Positions 22,570 through 32,191 of a stretch of 64,000 nucleotides of DNA are shown in pieces; within the stretch, counting starts at the first letter, position 1; the number at the start of each line of letters is the position of its first letter. The DNA is from an uncultured Pseudomonadota bacterium. GTDB taxonomy: Bacteria; Oederibacteriota; Muellerivitia; Muellerivitales; Muellerivitaceae. The notes beneath the pieces were generated by a model that did not search any database, had not been told where the DNA came from, and saw only the letters and a list, made by a program, of their open reading frames with translations. Position numbers and translations under genes: made by a program. The stretch spans positions 1,792,001 to 1,856,000 of the forward strand of contig CAWIIP010000002.1 of NCBI GenBank assembly GCA_963836235.1. The letters are read 5' to 3'.

Positions 22570-22621
22570 CCCCCGGTAAAAGGGAACATATCTGTTCCCG
22601 ACGATTGCAATAGATTTGATC

Positions 22622-22656
22622 AAACCGCTCAACCTCAAGGTTGGGCGGTTTTTTTT
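22622..22656 (+). terminator. Intrinsic terminator
   Basis: AAACCGCTCAACC-loop-GGTTGGGCGGTTTTTTTT. Confidence 0.75.
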
Positions 22657-22691
22657 GACCTGTTCCGGAACAATCGCCGGTTTTAAAAGGA

Positions 22692-22724
22692 ATCAAAGTG
22701 AGAATTTAAAAATATCATTTTGAT
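22692..22724. promoter_or_regulatory. Putative enhancer (UAS) copy 3
   Basis: ATCAAAGTGAG-N11-ATCATTTTGAT. Confidence 0.75.
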
Positions 22725-22765
22725 CTTTCGGAGGGCGACGGCCCTTGGAATCGCCACGGTTTTCA

Positions 22766-22781
22766 GGGCCCGATTCTTGCT
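22766..22781 (+). promoter_or_regulatory. Sigma54 promoter heading the 22.8 kb gene run
   Basis: GGGCCCGATTCTTGCT. Confidence 0.7.
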
Positions 22782-22837
22782 TTAACAGTGTCTTGAACCA
22801 GCTGTTTCACACCTGAACATTCAACAAGGAGAGTTTC

Positions 22838-23073
22838 ATGCCTCACTGGGAAATGAACCAATGGGTCGGAAATTGCAAAACCAACCAAGTGGGAACCATC
22901 GCTTCCGACATTTTAAAGGCGGCGGCGGGGACTTCAAGGGTTACCTCATTGTCGTGGAAGAGAAGCGTTATGAAATTTGGGATGAGACAACCTTGGTCTT
23001 GATTCCACGGGAGTCGGTGAAACCCGCCCCGCTGGCCCTGGTTCCAACCGGAGCTTCGGGGGACAAAACATGA
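22838..23073 (+). pseudogene. Frameshifted paralog of 27412..27621 (pseudogene or -1 programmed frameshift)
   Basis: Frame 0 VGNCKTNQVGTIASDILK, then -1 frame GGGGDFKGY..EIWDETTLVL; both halves align to the intact paralog. Confidence 0.75.
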
Positions 23074-23282
23074 TCGGGGGATATTTGCTTTTGTTCATTT
23101 TCCTTTCCGATCTATGGGCCATCTCCACGATCTTCAACAGCGGCGCGCCCCCGGGTTCCAAGGTTTTTTGGTGTCTTCTGGTTTTATTGATCCCGGTTTT
23201 GGGATTCATTGTTTCCTATTTGGCCGGCCCTGAGGACAAGTCTCTCTTGAACGTGGTTAAAAAAACTATTTCTGAAGTGTAG
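23070..23282 (+). CDS. Stand-alone PLDc_N (cardiolipin synthase N-terminal-like) membrane protein
   Basis: DLWAI..KVFWCLLVLLIPVLG..YLAGP. Confidence 0.8.
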   Translation: MIGGYLLLFIFLSDLWAISTIFNSGAPPGSKVFWCLLVLLIPVLGFIVSYLAGPEDKSLLNVVKKTISEV

Positions 23283-23311
23283 GCAGTCAAAACTCTAAAG
23301 GAGATTGCGTC

Positions 23312-24079
23312 ATGAAAAATCCAGTATGGGTGATGTTCGCGGTGACCGGGTTGGTGGCTCTTTTGTCTCCCGGGGTTTGGGCCGATCCGGTGGTGGGTTC
23401 CCCGACCGTTACCCACTTCAGCGGCAACCAGTTACAGCAGGGTTCTACCCAATGGTACGAAAAGCCGGCCACCCTTGTGGGTCCGGCGCAGGAGATCGGC
23501 GCCAAGGGCGGTAGGCTCCTGGTCCTACAGACGGGGAGCGTTCTTTACATGGAAGGCGATTCGACCTTGCACAAGTACCAGATGAACGCCAACGCCCTGC
23601 TCGGGTCCGCGGTGGTGAAGGCCCGGGAGGATGAAGACCTTTTGAAAGCCCTCCAGGCTGGACGGGCCGGTTCCATTGTTTTGACCATCCCCGTCGTGAA
23701 TTTCAAATCACGGGAAAAGGGCCTGGACGACAACGCTGATAAGGCCCTCAAAGCCGTAGAAAACCCCAATATCCAGTTTGTGTTGAAGAGTGAAAGCCTC
23801 AAGGCGGGCAAGGAAATGGGTTCCAACCTCCTTACAGCCATAGGAAACCTGACGGTGGCGGGAACCTCCATTCCCGTCACCTTGTCCGGCGACGCCGTGA
23901 TCCAGGGAGAGCGGGTCGAGTTTAAAGGGGTCCAAAACCTGAAGATGAGCGATTTTAAAATCACTCCTCCTTCCGTTTCCATTTTGATCGTCTCCATCAC
24001 CTGCAAGGACGAAATCACGGTCCATTACGATGTTATCTTTGGGCCGAAGAATAAAAGCCGTACAGAAACGAAAAAGTAA
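23312..24079 (+). CDS. YceI-like lipid/polyisoprenoid-binding secreted protein
   Basis: Signal peptide, GDSTLH, GNLTVAG, LKMSDFKITPP. Confidence 0.8.
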   Translation: MKNPVWVMFAVTGLVALLSPGVWADPVVGSPTVTHFSGNQLQQGSTQWYEKPATLVGPAQEIGAKGGRLLVLQTGSVLYMEGDSTLHKYQMNANALLGSAVVKAREDEDLLKALQAGRAGSIVLTIPVVNFKSREKGLDDNADKALKAVENPNIQFVLKSESLKAGKEMGSNLLTAIGNLTVAGTSIPVTLSGDAVIQGERVEFKGVQNLKMSDFKITPPSVSILIVSITCKDEITVHYDVIFGPKNKSRTETKK

Positions 24080-24108
24080 GAGGCCTTTTAAAAAACATAG
24101 GAGAAGAA

Positions 24109-25512
24109 ATGAAAAAATCACAGAAGTGGATGTTCGTGGCCGCCTTGATCTTGGGATTCTCCACCCGGGGGAAAGCCGCTGAAATTTTTAAAAACGACGA
24201 TTTGGACTTGAGCATCGGAGGACGGTTCCAGGAACTGGGTGAATTGGATTATGTCAGCGACGAAACGGTCCGCGACAAAGCCCAGGTTTACCTGTTCAAT
24301 GTTGAGGACCGATTGATCCTCTCGGGCGACTACAAAGGCTACCTCTTCCACTTCGAGGAAGCTTTGGGTGGAGAAGACATCAACAGCAGCAATAATAACT
24401 TGGGCCTGCTGGAATACAACGTGGACATTCCGGTGATTCCCGATATGGCCTATGTGAAAGTCGGCCAATTCAAGGTTCCGACTAATTTGGAAAGCGCCTA
24501 TTACGAGGGCAACCAGCTCTTTACCGGTCATTCGGACCTCATGAACCTGTTTTTTAACCAAGGTTACGACAACGGCCTCTCCCTTTGGGGCCGTTTGGGG
24601 ATGATGGATTTCGCGGGAGGCGTGTTGAGCGGCGCGCCTGATCTGCCCCAGCGTTATTTGCCGGAACTTTTCGAGTTTCCCCCGCTGATGTTTTTGCGGA
24701 TCGGGTTCAACGACGGCATTTCGGACGATCCCTTCCATCAAATGCAGACGGGATTCGCCAAGCCGACACAAACCGAATTCGCCATGCACGTGAACGGCGA
24801 ATACGAGAATGACAGCAACGCGGGCCATTCCACCGACCTGAGTCTGGAGTCTTCTTACCTGACGACCTTCTCGGCGAACAGCCCCTATGGTAATGCGCTC
24901 TTAACGTCGATTTTCAATCCCTACTTGAGCGCCGCCGGAATCGCTCCGGTTCACGCGAGCTATTGGAACGCCAGCTTTGATACCCAGTTCCGGACGCCGA
25001 TGGGAGACACAACCTTTACCTTGGCGGCCCAAGTTAATATTGCGGGCTATAAGTCCACCCTGCCCACGCCGATTGCCCTGCCGGGCGGCGCCATGGTTTC
25101 CTCTGGATCATTAAATATCGGCGGCGGCGAATTGATCGCCTCGATGGGGGACAAACCCTGGGAATTGGCGGGCCGTTTCGCGGTGGTGATCCCCGACACC
25201 AATATGATTTCCGCCTTCACTCCCACCGCCGGTCCCTTAAAAGGCATACCCCAGGTCGAGAGCATGGGAAGCAATCCCATATTCGAAGTCACTTTCCCTT
25301 CGGTCACCCTGCATATGAACGAGGACACAAAGATCGTGGCGGAAACCCAATTCTTGATCCAAGCGCCGGAAGTCACTTCCACGCCGGCCAACTCCACCTC
25401 GGGCGACGGCACCTATTTGATCACCCAAATGCCGTCCCAGTTTGGCGGCGGCGTGGAAAGCCGGGGCGCTTTTGTGCCGATCGGCAACATGGAAATGCAG
25501 TTTAGTTTCTAA
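24109..25512 (+). CDS. Outer-membrane porin (OprO/P-like)
   Basis: Signal peptide, VKVGQFKVP, C-terminal QFSF. Confidence 0.65.
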   Translation: MKKSQKWMFVAALILGFSTRGKAAEIFKNDDLDLSIGGRFQELGELDYVSDETVRDKAQVYLFNVEDRLILSGDYKGYLFHFEEALGGEDINSSNNNLGLLEYNVDIPVIPDMAYVKVGQFKVPTNLESAYYEGNQLFTGHSDLMNLFFNQGYDNGLSLWGRLGMMDFAGGVLSGAPDLPQRYLPELFEFPPLMFLRIGFNDGISDDPFHQMQTGFAKPTQTEFAMHVNGEYENDSNAGHSTDLSLESSYLTTFSANSPYGNALLTSIFNPYLSAAGIAPVHASYWNASFDTQFRTPMGDTTFTLAAQVNIAGYKSTLPTPIALPGGAMVSSGSLNIGGGELIASMGDKPWELAGRFAVVIPDTNMISAFTPTAGPLKGIPQVESMGSNPIFEVTFPSVTLHMNEDTKIVAETQFLIQAPEVTSTPANSTSGDGTYLITQMPSQFGGGVESRGAFVPIGNMEMQFSF

Positions 25513-25593
25513 CGAAAATCAGAGAACGTGGCCCTCGAAAGGACAAGGCAATGGATCTTCTGAGGGTCTTTTTTCAAGGAAGGATCCGAAATC

Positions 25594-26205
25594 ATGATGA
25601 CCAAGCCCCCAAACAGAATCCTTCACGGGATTCTTCCTGGTGCTTTGTTGACGGCGCTCTGCGCCGCGTTCTTTCCCAGCGCGGGGTTCGCCGCCGATCC
25701 CGTTTCTCTCGTTTTCCAGGGGAAAGACCGTTCCTACGAGATGGCGGGGTCTTTTGAGGTGGAAGCCGACCCGGCGGTTGCCTGGTGTGTCCTGACGGGT
25801 TACGAACAACTCACCCGGTTCGTTGGAAATTTGAAAAGGAGCCGGGTGGAAAAGGACTTGGGACCCCACCATTTTCTTTTGGAGCAGGAGTTCGAGGGCG
25901 GGTTCCTTTTCATCACCAAAAGGGTCCGGGTCCTCCTGGACGTCCATGAGACCGAAGACCGGTCCATCGATTTCACGGATATCGATGGCAAGGATTTTAA
26001 GTTTTACCAGGGTTCCTGGAACCTGTCGCCGGGGGCGGAAAAGGGGTTGAACATCACTTACCGGTTGAAAGCCGAGCAAAATTTTGACGCCCCCTTTGCC
26101 GGGGACTATACGCGCGGCGGTGTGAAGGACCTGCTAGAGGCCGTGCGCCGGGAAATCCTCCGGCGCCAGGCGGAAAAAACGAAGGGAGACCACCGTCCCG
26201 GTTGA
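25594..26205 (+). CDS. SRPBCC/polyketide-cyclase-like secreted protein
   Basis: AWCVLTGYEQLTRFV, FKFYQGSW. Confidence 0.8.
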   Translation: MMTKPPNRILHGILPGALLTALCAAFFPSAGFAADPVSLVFQGKDRSYEMAGSFEVEADPAVAWCVLTGYEQLTRFVGNLKRSRVEKDLGPHHFLLEQEFEGGFLFITKRVRVLLDVHETEDRSIDFTDIDGKDFKFYQGSWNLSPGAEKGLNITYRLKAEQNFDAPFAGDYTRGGVKDLLEAVRREILRRQAEKTKGDHRPG

Positions 26206-26260
26206 ACGGGTTGGAGCGAGCCATCGTTTGAAGCGAAACAACAAATAAAAAGGAGTTGTT

Positions 26261-27337
26261 ATGACAACCGCGATTTTGGAAGAAAAAAAGACAGTCGTTA
26301 TGAAAGCCTTGGTCTACCACGGCGCCGGAAGAAAGGCTTGGGAAGATAAACCCAAGGCCTCCCTCCAACTGCCGACGGACGCGGTCGTGCGGATCACCAC
26401 CTCCACCCTCTGTGGAACGGACCTTCACATTATGAAAGGGGACCTCCCCCTGGTCACGGACGGACGGATTCTCGGCCATGAAGGGGTCGGCATCGTCGAG
26501 GAAACGGGAACAGGCGTCACCCGTTTTAAGAAGGGGGACAAGGTGATCATCTCCTGCGTCACCGCCTGTGGGAAATGCGACAACTGCAAGAAAAGCATGT
26601 ACTCCCATTGCCGCGACGGCGGATGGATTTTGGGCTACCTGATCGACGGCACCCAGGCTCAATATGTCCGGATTCCCCACGCCGACAACAGCCTGTACCT
26701 GGCCCCGGAGGGCCTGGACGAAGAGTCCTTGACGATGCTTTCGGATATCTTTCCAACCGGTTTTGAGTGCGGCGTTTTGAACGGCCAAGTGAAACCGGGC
26801 GACACCGTGGCCATCGTGGGTTCCGGCCCCATCGGGCTTGCCGCGCTCCTGACCGCGCAGTTTTATTCGCCCGCCGAAATCATCATGATCGACATGGACG
26901 ACAACCGCCTCCAGACGGCGAAGGCTTTCGGGGCGACCCGAACCGTTAACAGCGCCGACGGCAAGGCGGCGGAAAAAGTGATGGCGATGACCGGGGGCGA
27001 GGGCGTGGACGTGGCCATTGAGGCGGTGGGCGCGCCGTCGTCCTTTGATACCTGCCAATCCATCATCGCCGCCGGCGGGCGAATCGCGAACATCGGGGTG
27101 CACGGCAAGCCGGTGGAACTGCACCTGGAAAAGCTGTGGGACCGCAACATGACCCTGACCACCCGTTTGGTGGACACGGTTACCACGCCCATGCTGCTGA
27201 AGGTATTGCGGTCCGGGAAGCTGGACGCAAAGAAGCTGGTTACCCACCGGTTCGCGCTATCGGACGTGATGAAGGCCTATGACACCTTCGGTAACGCAGC
27301 CAAGGAAAAGGCCTTGAAGGTGATCCTGACGGCTTGA
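26261..27337 (+). CDS. Zinc-dependent alcohol dehydrogenase
   Basis: CGTDLH, GHEGVG, CGKCDNC..C, GSGPIG. Confidence 0.93.
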   Translation: MTTAILEEKKTVVMKALVYHGAGRKAWEDKPKASLQLPTDAVVRITTSTLCGTDLHIMKGDLPLVTDGRILGHEGVGIVEETGTGVTRFKKGDKVIISCVTACGKCDNCKKSMYSHCRDGGWILGYLIDGTQAQYVRIPHADNSLYLAPEGLDEESLTMLSDIFPTGFECGVLNGQVKPGDTVAIVGSGPIGLAALLTAQFYSPAEIIMIDMDDNRLQTAKAFGATRTVNSADGKAAEKVMAMTGGEGVDVAIEAVGAPSSFDTCQSIIAAGGRIANIGVHGKPVELHLEKLWDRNMTLTTRLVDTVTTPMLLKVLRSGKLDAKKLVTHRFALSDVMKAYDTFGNAAKEKALKVILTA

Positions 27338-27411
27338 ATCACGGGTGGCGGGTTGAAGTTGGCGGTGAAATGGTTTTTTGTTCGAGGTTCTAAATAAGAA
27401 AAGGGGATTTT

Positions 27412-27621
27412 ATGGATCAATTCAAAATGCGGCAAAACGTCGGGAATTGCAAAACCAACAAGGTGGGGACAATCGCGTCCGAGTCCCTCAAGGGGGCCGG
27501 CGGCGATTTTACCGGGTTCCTCGTGCGGCTGAAAAACAAGAGTTTTGAGATTTGGGACGAGTCCACCCTGGTCCTGCTTCCCAACCGTCTGGGCCGAAAC
27601 ATCCGCTCCGCCCGGGTTTAA
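27412..27621 (+). CDS. Small hypothetical protein (GNCKTN..EIWDE family)
   Basis: GGGGA RBS; paralog at 22838. Confidence 0.7.
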   Translation: MDQFKMRQNVGNCKTNKVGTIASESLKGAGGDFTGFLVRLKNKSFEIWDESTLVLLPNRLGRNIRSARV

Positions 27622-27684
27622 GCGATCCCGGATGAACGTCGATCGAACGCGTAGAAAATTTGGAATTTGACAGGAGGCTGTTTT

Positions 27685-27975
27685 ATGGGCGAGCAAAGGG
27701 AAGCTTATATTGAAAAGTTCAAATCGAAGCTGGACGAGTGGAATTCGGAAATCGACAAGTTGCAGGCCAAGGCCAAGGGCGCGCATGACATTGCCCGGGT
27801 TTCGTACGACAAACAAATCGAGGAGCTGAAGGCCAAACGGGACGATCTGAAGTTGAAGATGTCCAACCTCCACACCCGGGGCGAAGTCGCCTGGGAAGAT
27901 TTGCGGGATGGGATCGGGACGGCTTGGAAAAACCTGGGTGATTCGATCGAGGAAGCCAAATCCAGGTTCAAGTAG
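27685..27975 (+). CDS. Small coiled-coil stress-type protein
   Basis: AGGAGG RBS; KLDEWNSEIDKL..AWEDLRDG..AW..KSRFK. Confidence 0.8.
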   Translation: MGEQREAYIEKFKSKLDEWNSEIDKLQAKAKGAHDIARVSYDKQIEELKAKRDDLKLKMSNLHTRGEVAWEDLRDGIGTAWKNLGDSIEEAKSRFK

Positions 27976-28018
27976 AGGAAGTGGTAGGGCAGTTAAAATT
28001 CAGTCAAAGGAACGCAAA

Positions 28019-28618
28019 ATGAAAAATAAAAATTTGATTTGGTTGATGGTTTCCATCTTGTTCGCCGGATTCGCCGGGATCGCCCGGGCGGATGACGACG
28101 CTCGTGTTATCTGCAAATTGGGACAAAACTCGGCGAAGGACCACTTGAGAGACGCTTCACTCTACTTGTCCTTCAAAGGCGCCAAGGCCCAAAGCCTGCC
28201 CGCTACTCCCTCGGGAGAGGAGACGCGGTTCTACTCCAAGGTTTGGGACGGGATCTACCTGCAAGTCACCACTGAAACGGGTGAAAAGGGCACCACGGGT
28301 TACATGTTCACTTTTTCAAAGGATGAGGGGAACCAGGATAACCTGACGGCGAAGGAATCCAAGGACGCTCCCACCCTGCGGGAAGTCTCCGCCGCGGATT
28401 TTCGAAGCGATGATAATTTCTCCGCCCGCCCCCTGAAGCCGGGTCCCGGAACGCCGGAAGATCGGGGCGCCTTGAGGGTCATCCATTACGACGGTTTTGA
28501 CGTGGAAATCCGGGTGCTGGAATTCAACATCGGCGACGCCGCGATGAAGGAAAAACCTTACTTCAAGTCCCTCTCCTGCCTAGTGACGGTGACGGAAACA
28601 GAGCCGACGAAAGAATGA
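28019..28618 (+). CDS. Secreted hypothetical protein
   Basis: Signal peptide ending ARA; AAGGA RBS. Confidence 0.7.
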   Translation: MKNKNLIWLMVSILFAGFAGIARADDDARVICKLGQNSAKDHLRDASLYLSFKGAKAQSLPATPSGEETRFYSKVWDGIYLQVTTETGEKGTTGYMFTFSKDEGNQDNLTAKESKDAPTLREVSAADFRSDDNFSARPLKPGPGTPEDRGALRVIHYDGFDVEIRVLEFNIGDAAMKEKPYFKSLSCLVTVTETEPTKE

Positions 28619-28644
28619 AGCGGCTTTCCGGGGCGGTGATTTAA

Positions 28645-31026
28645 ATGACTGATCCGGCCATTTCGGCATCCGAAGGCTTGCGGGATATTGTCACGACCGA
28701 CCTCAAGAATGATTTGGTCAAGGCTTTGAGGGATTCGGAGGAACATTTCCGGGCCCTCGTGAGCCTGCTGCCCGTCTGCCTGATGGTCTGCCGGGGGGGA
28801 AAAATCATTTATGCCAACCCCCGGCTGGTTCAATTGCTTGGTTATCCCAATGCCGAAGAAGTGACCGGCCAGCCAACCCTGTCCCTGATCCATCCTGATT
28901 TCCACGAAAAAATCAAAAACCGCGTCAAAAATCTTTCCGATGAGGGAGGGCTTGCCAACCCGGTGATGGAACTGAAGATTAAAAATAAAAAAGGGGAGTG
29001 GGTTGACGTCGAAGGGGAATCTATCTCTGTGATCCACCAGGGCGTGCCCGCGATCATGGTTTTCTTCCGCGACATCCAGGAGCGGAAGAAGTCCAATGAA
29101 ACCCGGCGAAACTCCGAGGAGAATTTTAAGGCCATCATCCAGCAGATACCGGACGGAATCTTCATCGAGAATCCAGAACGTATCCTTTTCGTCAGCCAGA
29201 GCGTCGTGCGGATGCTGGGTTACGAAAGGGAAGAGGAGTTGGTGGGCCATCCGCCCCTGGCTTTCGTCCATCCCGACTACCATCCCGTCCTCCAGAAACG
29301 TATCGCGAGGATTTACGGCAAGGAAGGGGTCAATCCGCTCGTTGAAACCGAATGGCTCAAGAAAGACGGCAGCCGGTTGGCGGTGGAAGCCTCCAGCATT
29401 TCAGTCCTCTATGAAGGCCAACCGGCGGTCATGGCGGTGTTGCGGGATACCGCCCCCCGAAAAAAAGCCGAGGAAATCCTGCGAAAGTCCGAGGAGAATT
29501 TCAGGTCGATCATCCAGCAAATGCCGGACGGCGTCCTGATCGTTGACCGGGAAAGGGTCTTGTTCGCGAACCAAACCTTCGCCGGTCTTTTGGGCTACGC
29601 CGCCGCGGAAGAACTGGTGGGCCGTCCGAAGTTTGATTTCATTCATGCTGATTACCATTCCATCGTCGGGAACCGGATCGACCGGATCATCGGGAAGGGA
29701 GGGGTCAATCCCCTCTTGGAATTGAAAATGCTCAGCCGGGGTGGGGAAGCCGTGGATTTCGAGTCGTCTAGCATCTCCATCCAGTTTGAGGGGAAACCGG
29801 CGGTTATGGCGGTCCTGCGGGATATCACCTTGCAAAAGCAAATGGAAAACAACGCGGTCCTCAACGAGAAACTGGCCACGGTGGGAACCTTGGCGGCGGG
29901 TATCGCCCACGAGATCAACAACCCCCTTACCTACGTCCTGGCCAACCTGGTCTTCCTGCGGGAAAACTTGGATGAATTAAAACACCAGATGGAGGAGAAG
30001 GGCCATGCGGATGGGGCCTACCCGAAGATATTCAAGGAAATGCAGGAGGAACTGGCCGAAACCCGGCATGGCGGGGAAAGAATCCGGGACATCGTCCGGG
30101 GATTGAAATCCTTTGTGCGTTCGGACGAGGACGAAGTGGCGCCGGTCGACCTGAACCAAACGGTCGATTCGGCCATCAACATGACCTTTCATGAGTTCAA
30201 GCACAAAGCCCGGGTGGAGAAGGATTTTGCCCTGCACCTTCCGCCTTTAACAGCCAACGCCGGAAAGCTTCAGCAGGTTTTCATCAATTTATTGATCAAC
30301 GCCGCCCAGGCCATGGGGGGCAACGACCCGGCGGAAAATAAGGTCCACATCCGCACGGGACAAAAGGACGGAAGCCTTTTCGCCGAGTTCACTGACACGG
30401 GCAAAGGGATACCCGAAAATATCCTGCCCCGCATTTTCGACCCCTTTTTCACCACCAAACCCACCGGCGTGGGGACGGGTCTAGGCCTTCCCATCTGCGA
30501 TAAGATCGTGAAGTTTTATAAGGGGACAATCGAGGTTCAAAGCTGGCCCGATCACGGCACCACCTTCACGGTGCGCCTGCCGCTGGAGAACGGCTTCCAG
30601 GCCGCGACGGCTACTTTCCAACCGCCACCCCTCCCGGAGCGCTGCCGGATTTTGATCGTGGATGACGAGCCCGGCAACCTCGAGGTTTTGAACCGGGTAC
30701 TGCGAAAGAAGAACGACGTCCTGTCCGCCCTGACCGGGTTGGACGCGCTGGCCATCCTGGAAAGGGAGGGGGGAAAGGTGGACGCCATCGTGAGCGACCT
30801 CAACATGCCGGACATGAACGGGATAAACCTCTATAAAGTCGTGTCCCAGAAATTCCCCGGGCTGGAAAAAAGGTTCGTTTTCATCACGGGGGGCCTCTAT
30901 ACGGAAGAAGCGAGAAACTTCCTCAAAACGGTTCCCAACCCCTTCCTGGAAAAGCCCTTCGAGTTTGAGGACCTTCTGAAGGCCCTAACCCCCTGGACTG
31001 GCGTTTCCCCGAAGGATTCGAAATGA
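28645..31026 (+). CDS. Triple-PAS hybrid sensor histidine kinase
   Basis: Three near-repeated PAS domains, AHEINNP, PFFTTKP.G.GTGLGL, receiver. Confidence 0.93.
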   Translation: MTDPAISASEGLRDIVTTDLKNDLVKALRDSEEHFRALVSLLPVCLMVCRGGKIIYANPRLVQLLGYPNAEEVTGQPTLSLIHPDFHEKIKNRVKNLSDEGGLANPVMELKIKNKKGEWVDVEGESISVIHQGVPAIMVFFRDIQERKKSNETRRNSEENFKAIIQQIPDGIFIENPERILFVSQSVVRMLGYEREEELVGHPPLAFVHPDYHPVLQKRIARIYGKEGVNPLVETEWLKKDGSRLAVEASSISVLYEGQPAVMAVLRDTAPRKKAEEILRKSEENFRSIIQQMPDGVLIVDRERVLFANQTFAGLLGYAAAEELVGRPKFDFIHADYHSIVGNRIDRIIGKGGVNPLLELKMLSRGGEAVDFESSSISIQFEGKPAVMAVLRDITLQKQMENNAVLNEKLATVGTLAAGIAHEINNPLTYVLANLVFLRENLDELKHQMEEKGHADGAYPKIFKEMQEELAETRHGGERIRDIVRGLKSFVRSDEDEVAPVDLNQTVDSAINMTFHEFKHKARVEKDFALHLPPLTANAGKLQQVFINLLINAAQAMGGNDPAENKVHIRTGQKDGSLFAEFTDTGKGIPENILPRIFDPFFTTKPTGVGTGLGLPICDKIVKFYKGTIEVQSWPDHGTTFTVRLPLENGFQAATATFQPPPLPERCRILIVDDEPGNLEVLNRVLRKKNDVLSALTGLDALAILEREGGKVDAIVSDLNMPDMNGINLYKVVSQKFPGLEKRFVFITGGLYTEEARNFLKTVPNPFLEKPFEFEDLLKALTPWTGVSPKDSK

Positions 31027-31238
31027 CGACGAACGATAAACATCAACATCCGGAGGATATGGAGCAGCCGAGCGACGATTCGCGAGATCCCTATTGGCGG
31101 CGGGCGCGCCATGACTGGTGGTTCCTCATCTTGGTGGTCCTGATACTGGCGGCCATCGCGGCCTATGTGTTGAACCTGGACCTGTCCATGATGCCCCGCG
31201 GTGAGGCGTTTCCACTGTTGGACCTCGGTGCCAAATAA
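31023..31238 (+). CDS. Small membrane protein (PYWRR family) copy 1
   Basis: PYWRRARHDWWF + TM; paralog at 31751. Confidence 0.75.
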   Translation: MTTNDKHQHPEDMEQPSDDSRDPYWRRARHDWWFLILVVLILAAIAAYVLNLDLSMMPRGEAFPLLDLGAK

Positions 31239-31296
31239 TGGAAAAACATCCGCCGCAAGCCGTCCCAAAGGATTGTTCTTCCCGGAAAGGAAAAAA

Positions 31297-31476
31297 ATGA
31301 AACTCATTCGCAAGCCGGGCCGCCTAGGCGTTCGCGGCAACCAAAAGGGCCAGTCGACCACCTATGCCGTCGTCCTCGGTTTTTTGATCTCGGTCGGGCT
31401 GTTTGTGGCGGTCAAGTATTTTCACGACCGGGACAACGGCCTCACCATTCACCTGCCGAAAGTGGAAGTGCATTAA
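31297..31476 (+). CDS. Small single-TM protein with pilin-like leader
   Basis: AAGGA RBS; NQKG|QSTTYAVVLG. Confidence 0.6.
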   Translation: MKLIRKPGRLGVRGNQKGQSTTYAVVLGFLISVGLFVAVKYFHDRDNGLTIHLPKVEVH

Positions 31477-31525
31477 CGGGATTCGGCTTTTGAACCGTTA
31501 TTAAAAAACAGAAGGAGAGTGGAAT

Positions 31526-31699
31526 ATGTTTTCAGGCTTATTGGGTTTATTGATTTTCATCGGCGATATTTACGCCATTATCGCGATTCTCAAGAGTGGG
31601 ATTAGCACGGGCGCGAAGGCTTTGTGGTGCCTCTTGGTCCTAGTGCTGCCCGTTTTGGGGCTGATCATCTGGTATTTCGCGGGCCCCCGGATGCGGTAG
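31526..31699 (+). CDS. Stand-alone PLDc_N membrane protein, copy 2 (not in ORF track)
   Basis: AGGAG RBS; MFSGLLGLLIFIGDIYAII..KALWCLLVLVLPVLG..YFAGPR, 57 aa. Confidence 0.8.
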   Translation: MFSGLLGLLIFIGDIYAIIAILKSGISTGAKALWCLLVLVLPVLGLIIWYFAGPRMR

Positions 31700-31750
31700 G
31701 GCTGGTTTAGGGATGGACCAACTTGGGTTTCAACGGAAAGAGACGGCACT

Positions 31751-31975
31751 ATGACAAAGCATAAGTACGAGCATCAACACACGCGTTACCCCCAACCGGA
31801 AGTCAGCGAGGTCCGCACCCCCTATTGGCGGCGGGCGCACCGGGACTGGCGCTTCCTGGCCGTGGTCTTCCTGATGCTGGTGGCCATGGGGGTCTATGTG
31901 GCCACCCTGAATCTGTCTTTAAGGCCTCATGGCCAGGGACAAGGGCTTCCCCTGGTGGATACCGACGCCAAATAG
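31751..31975 (+). CDS. Small membrane protein (PYWRR family) copy 2
   Basis: PYWRRAHRDWRF + TM. Confidence 0.75.
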   Translation: MTKHKYEHQHTRYPQPEVSEVRTPYWRRAHRDWRFLAVVFLMLVAMGVYVATLNLSLRPHGQGQGLPLVDTDAK

Positions 31976-32077
31976 GGGGCGGTGGAGATCAAATAAAAAA
32001 AACCTTATTTTTTAATCAGCGGCTGATCATCAAAAATTTAAGGGATATTGGGTGGGGTTTTGCGCGAATCCTTGCAT

Positions 32078-32131
32078 GACCTGAGATGGCTGAAGTCCCG
32101 GCATTCATTTTCCTTCGGCGCATATCACGAC
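32078..32131 (+). pseudogene. Fragment of pirin 5' region
   Basis: GACCTGAGATGGCTGAAGTCCCGGCATTCATTTTCCTTCGGCG nearly identical to 32861-32903. Confidence 0.7.
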
Positions 32132-32154
32132 TAGGCTTAACCAAGCCTCGAGAT

Positions 32155-32183
32155 TTGACAATTATATCGTTGGCCGATATAAT
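32155..32183 (+). promoter_or_regulatory. Consensus sigma70 promoter with overlapping palindromic operator (higBA)
   Basis: TTGACA-17-TATAAT; ATTATATCG-N5-CGATATAAT palindrome. Confidence 0.85.
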
Positions 32184-32191
32184 CCTCTTAA

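Noticed and set aside
22861-23073. ORF-track protein MGRKLQNQ...
   Set aside because: Its N-terminus is the wrong frame; homology to 27412 and the RBS place the start at 22838.
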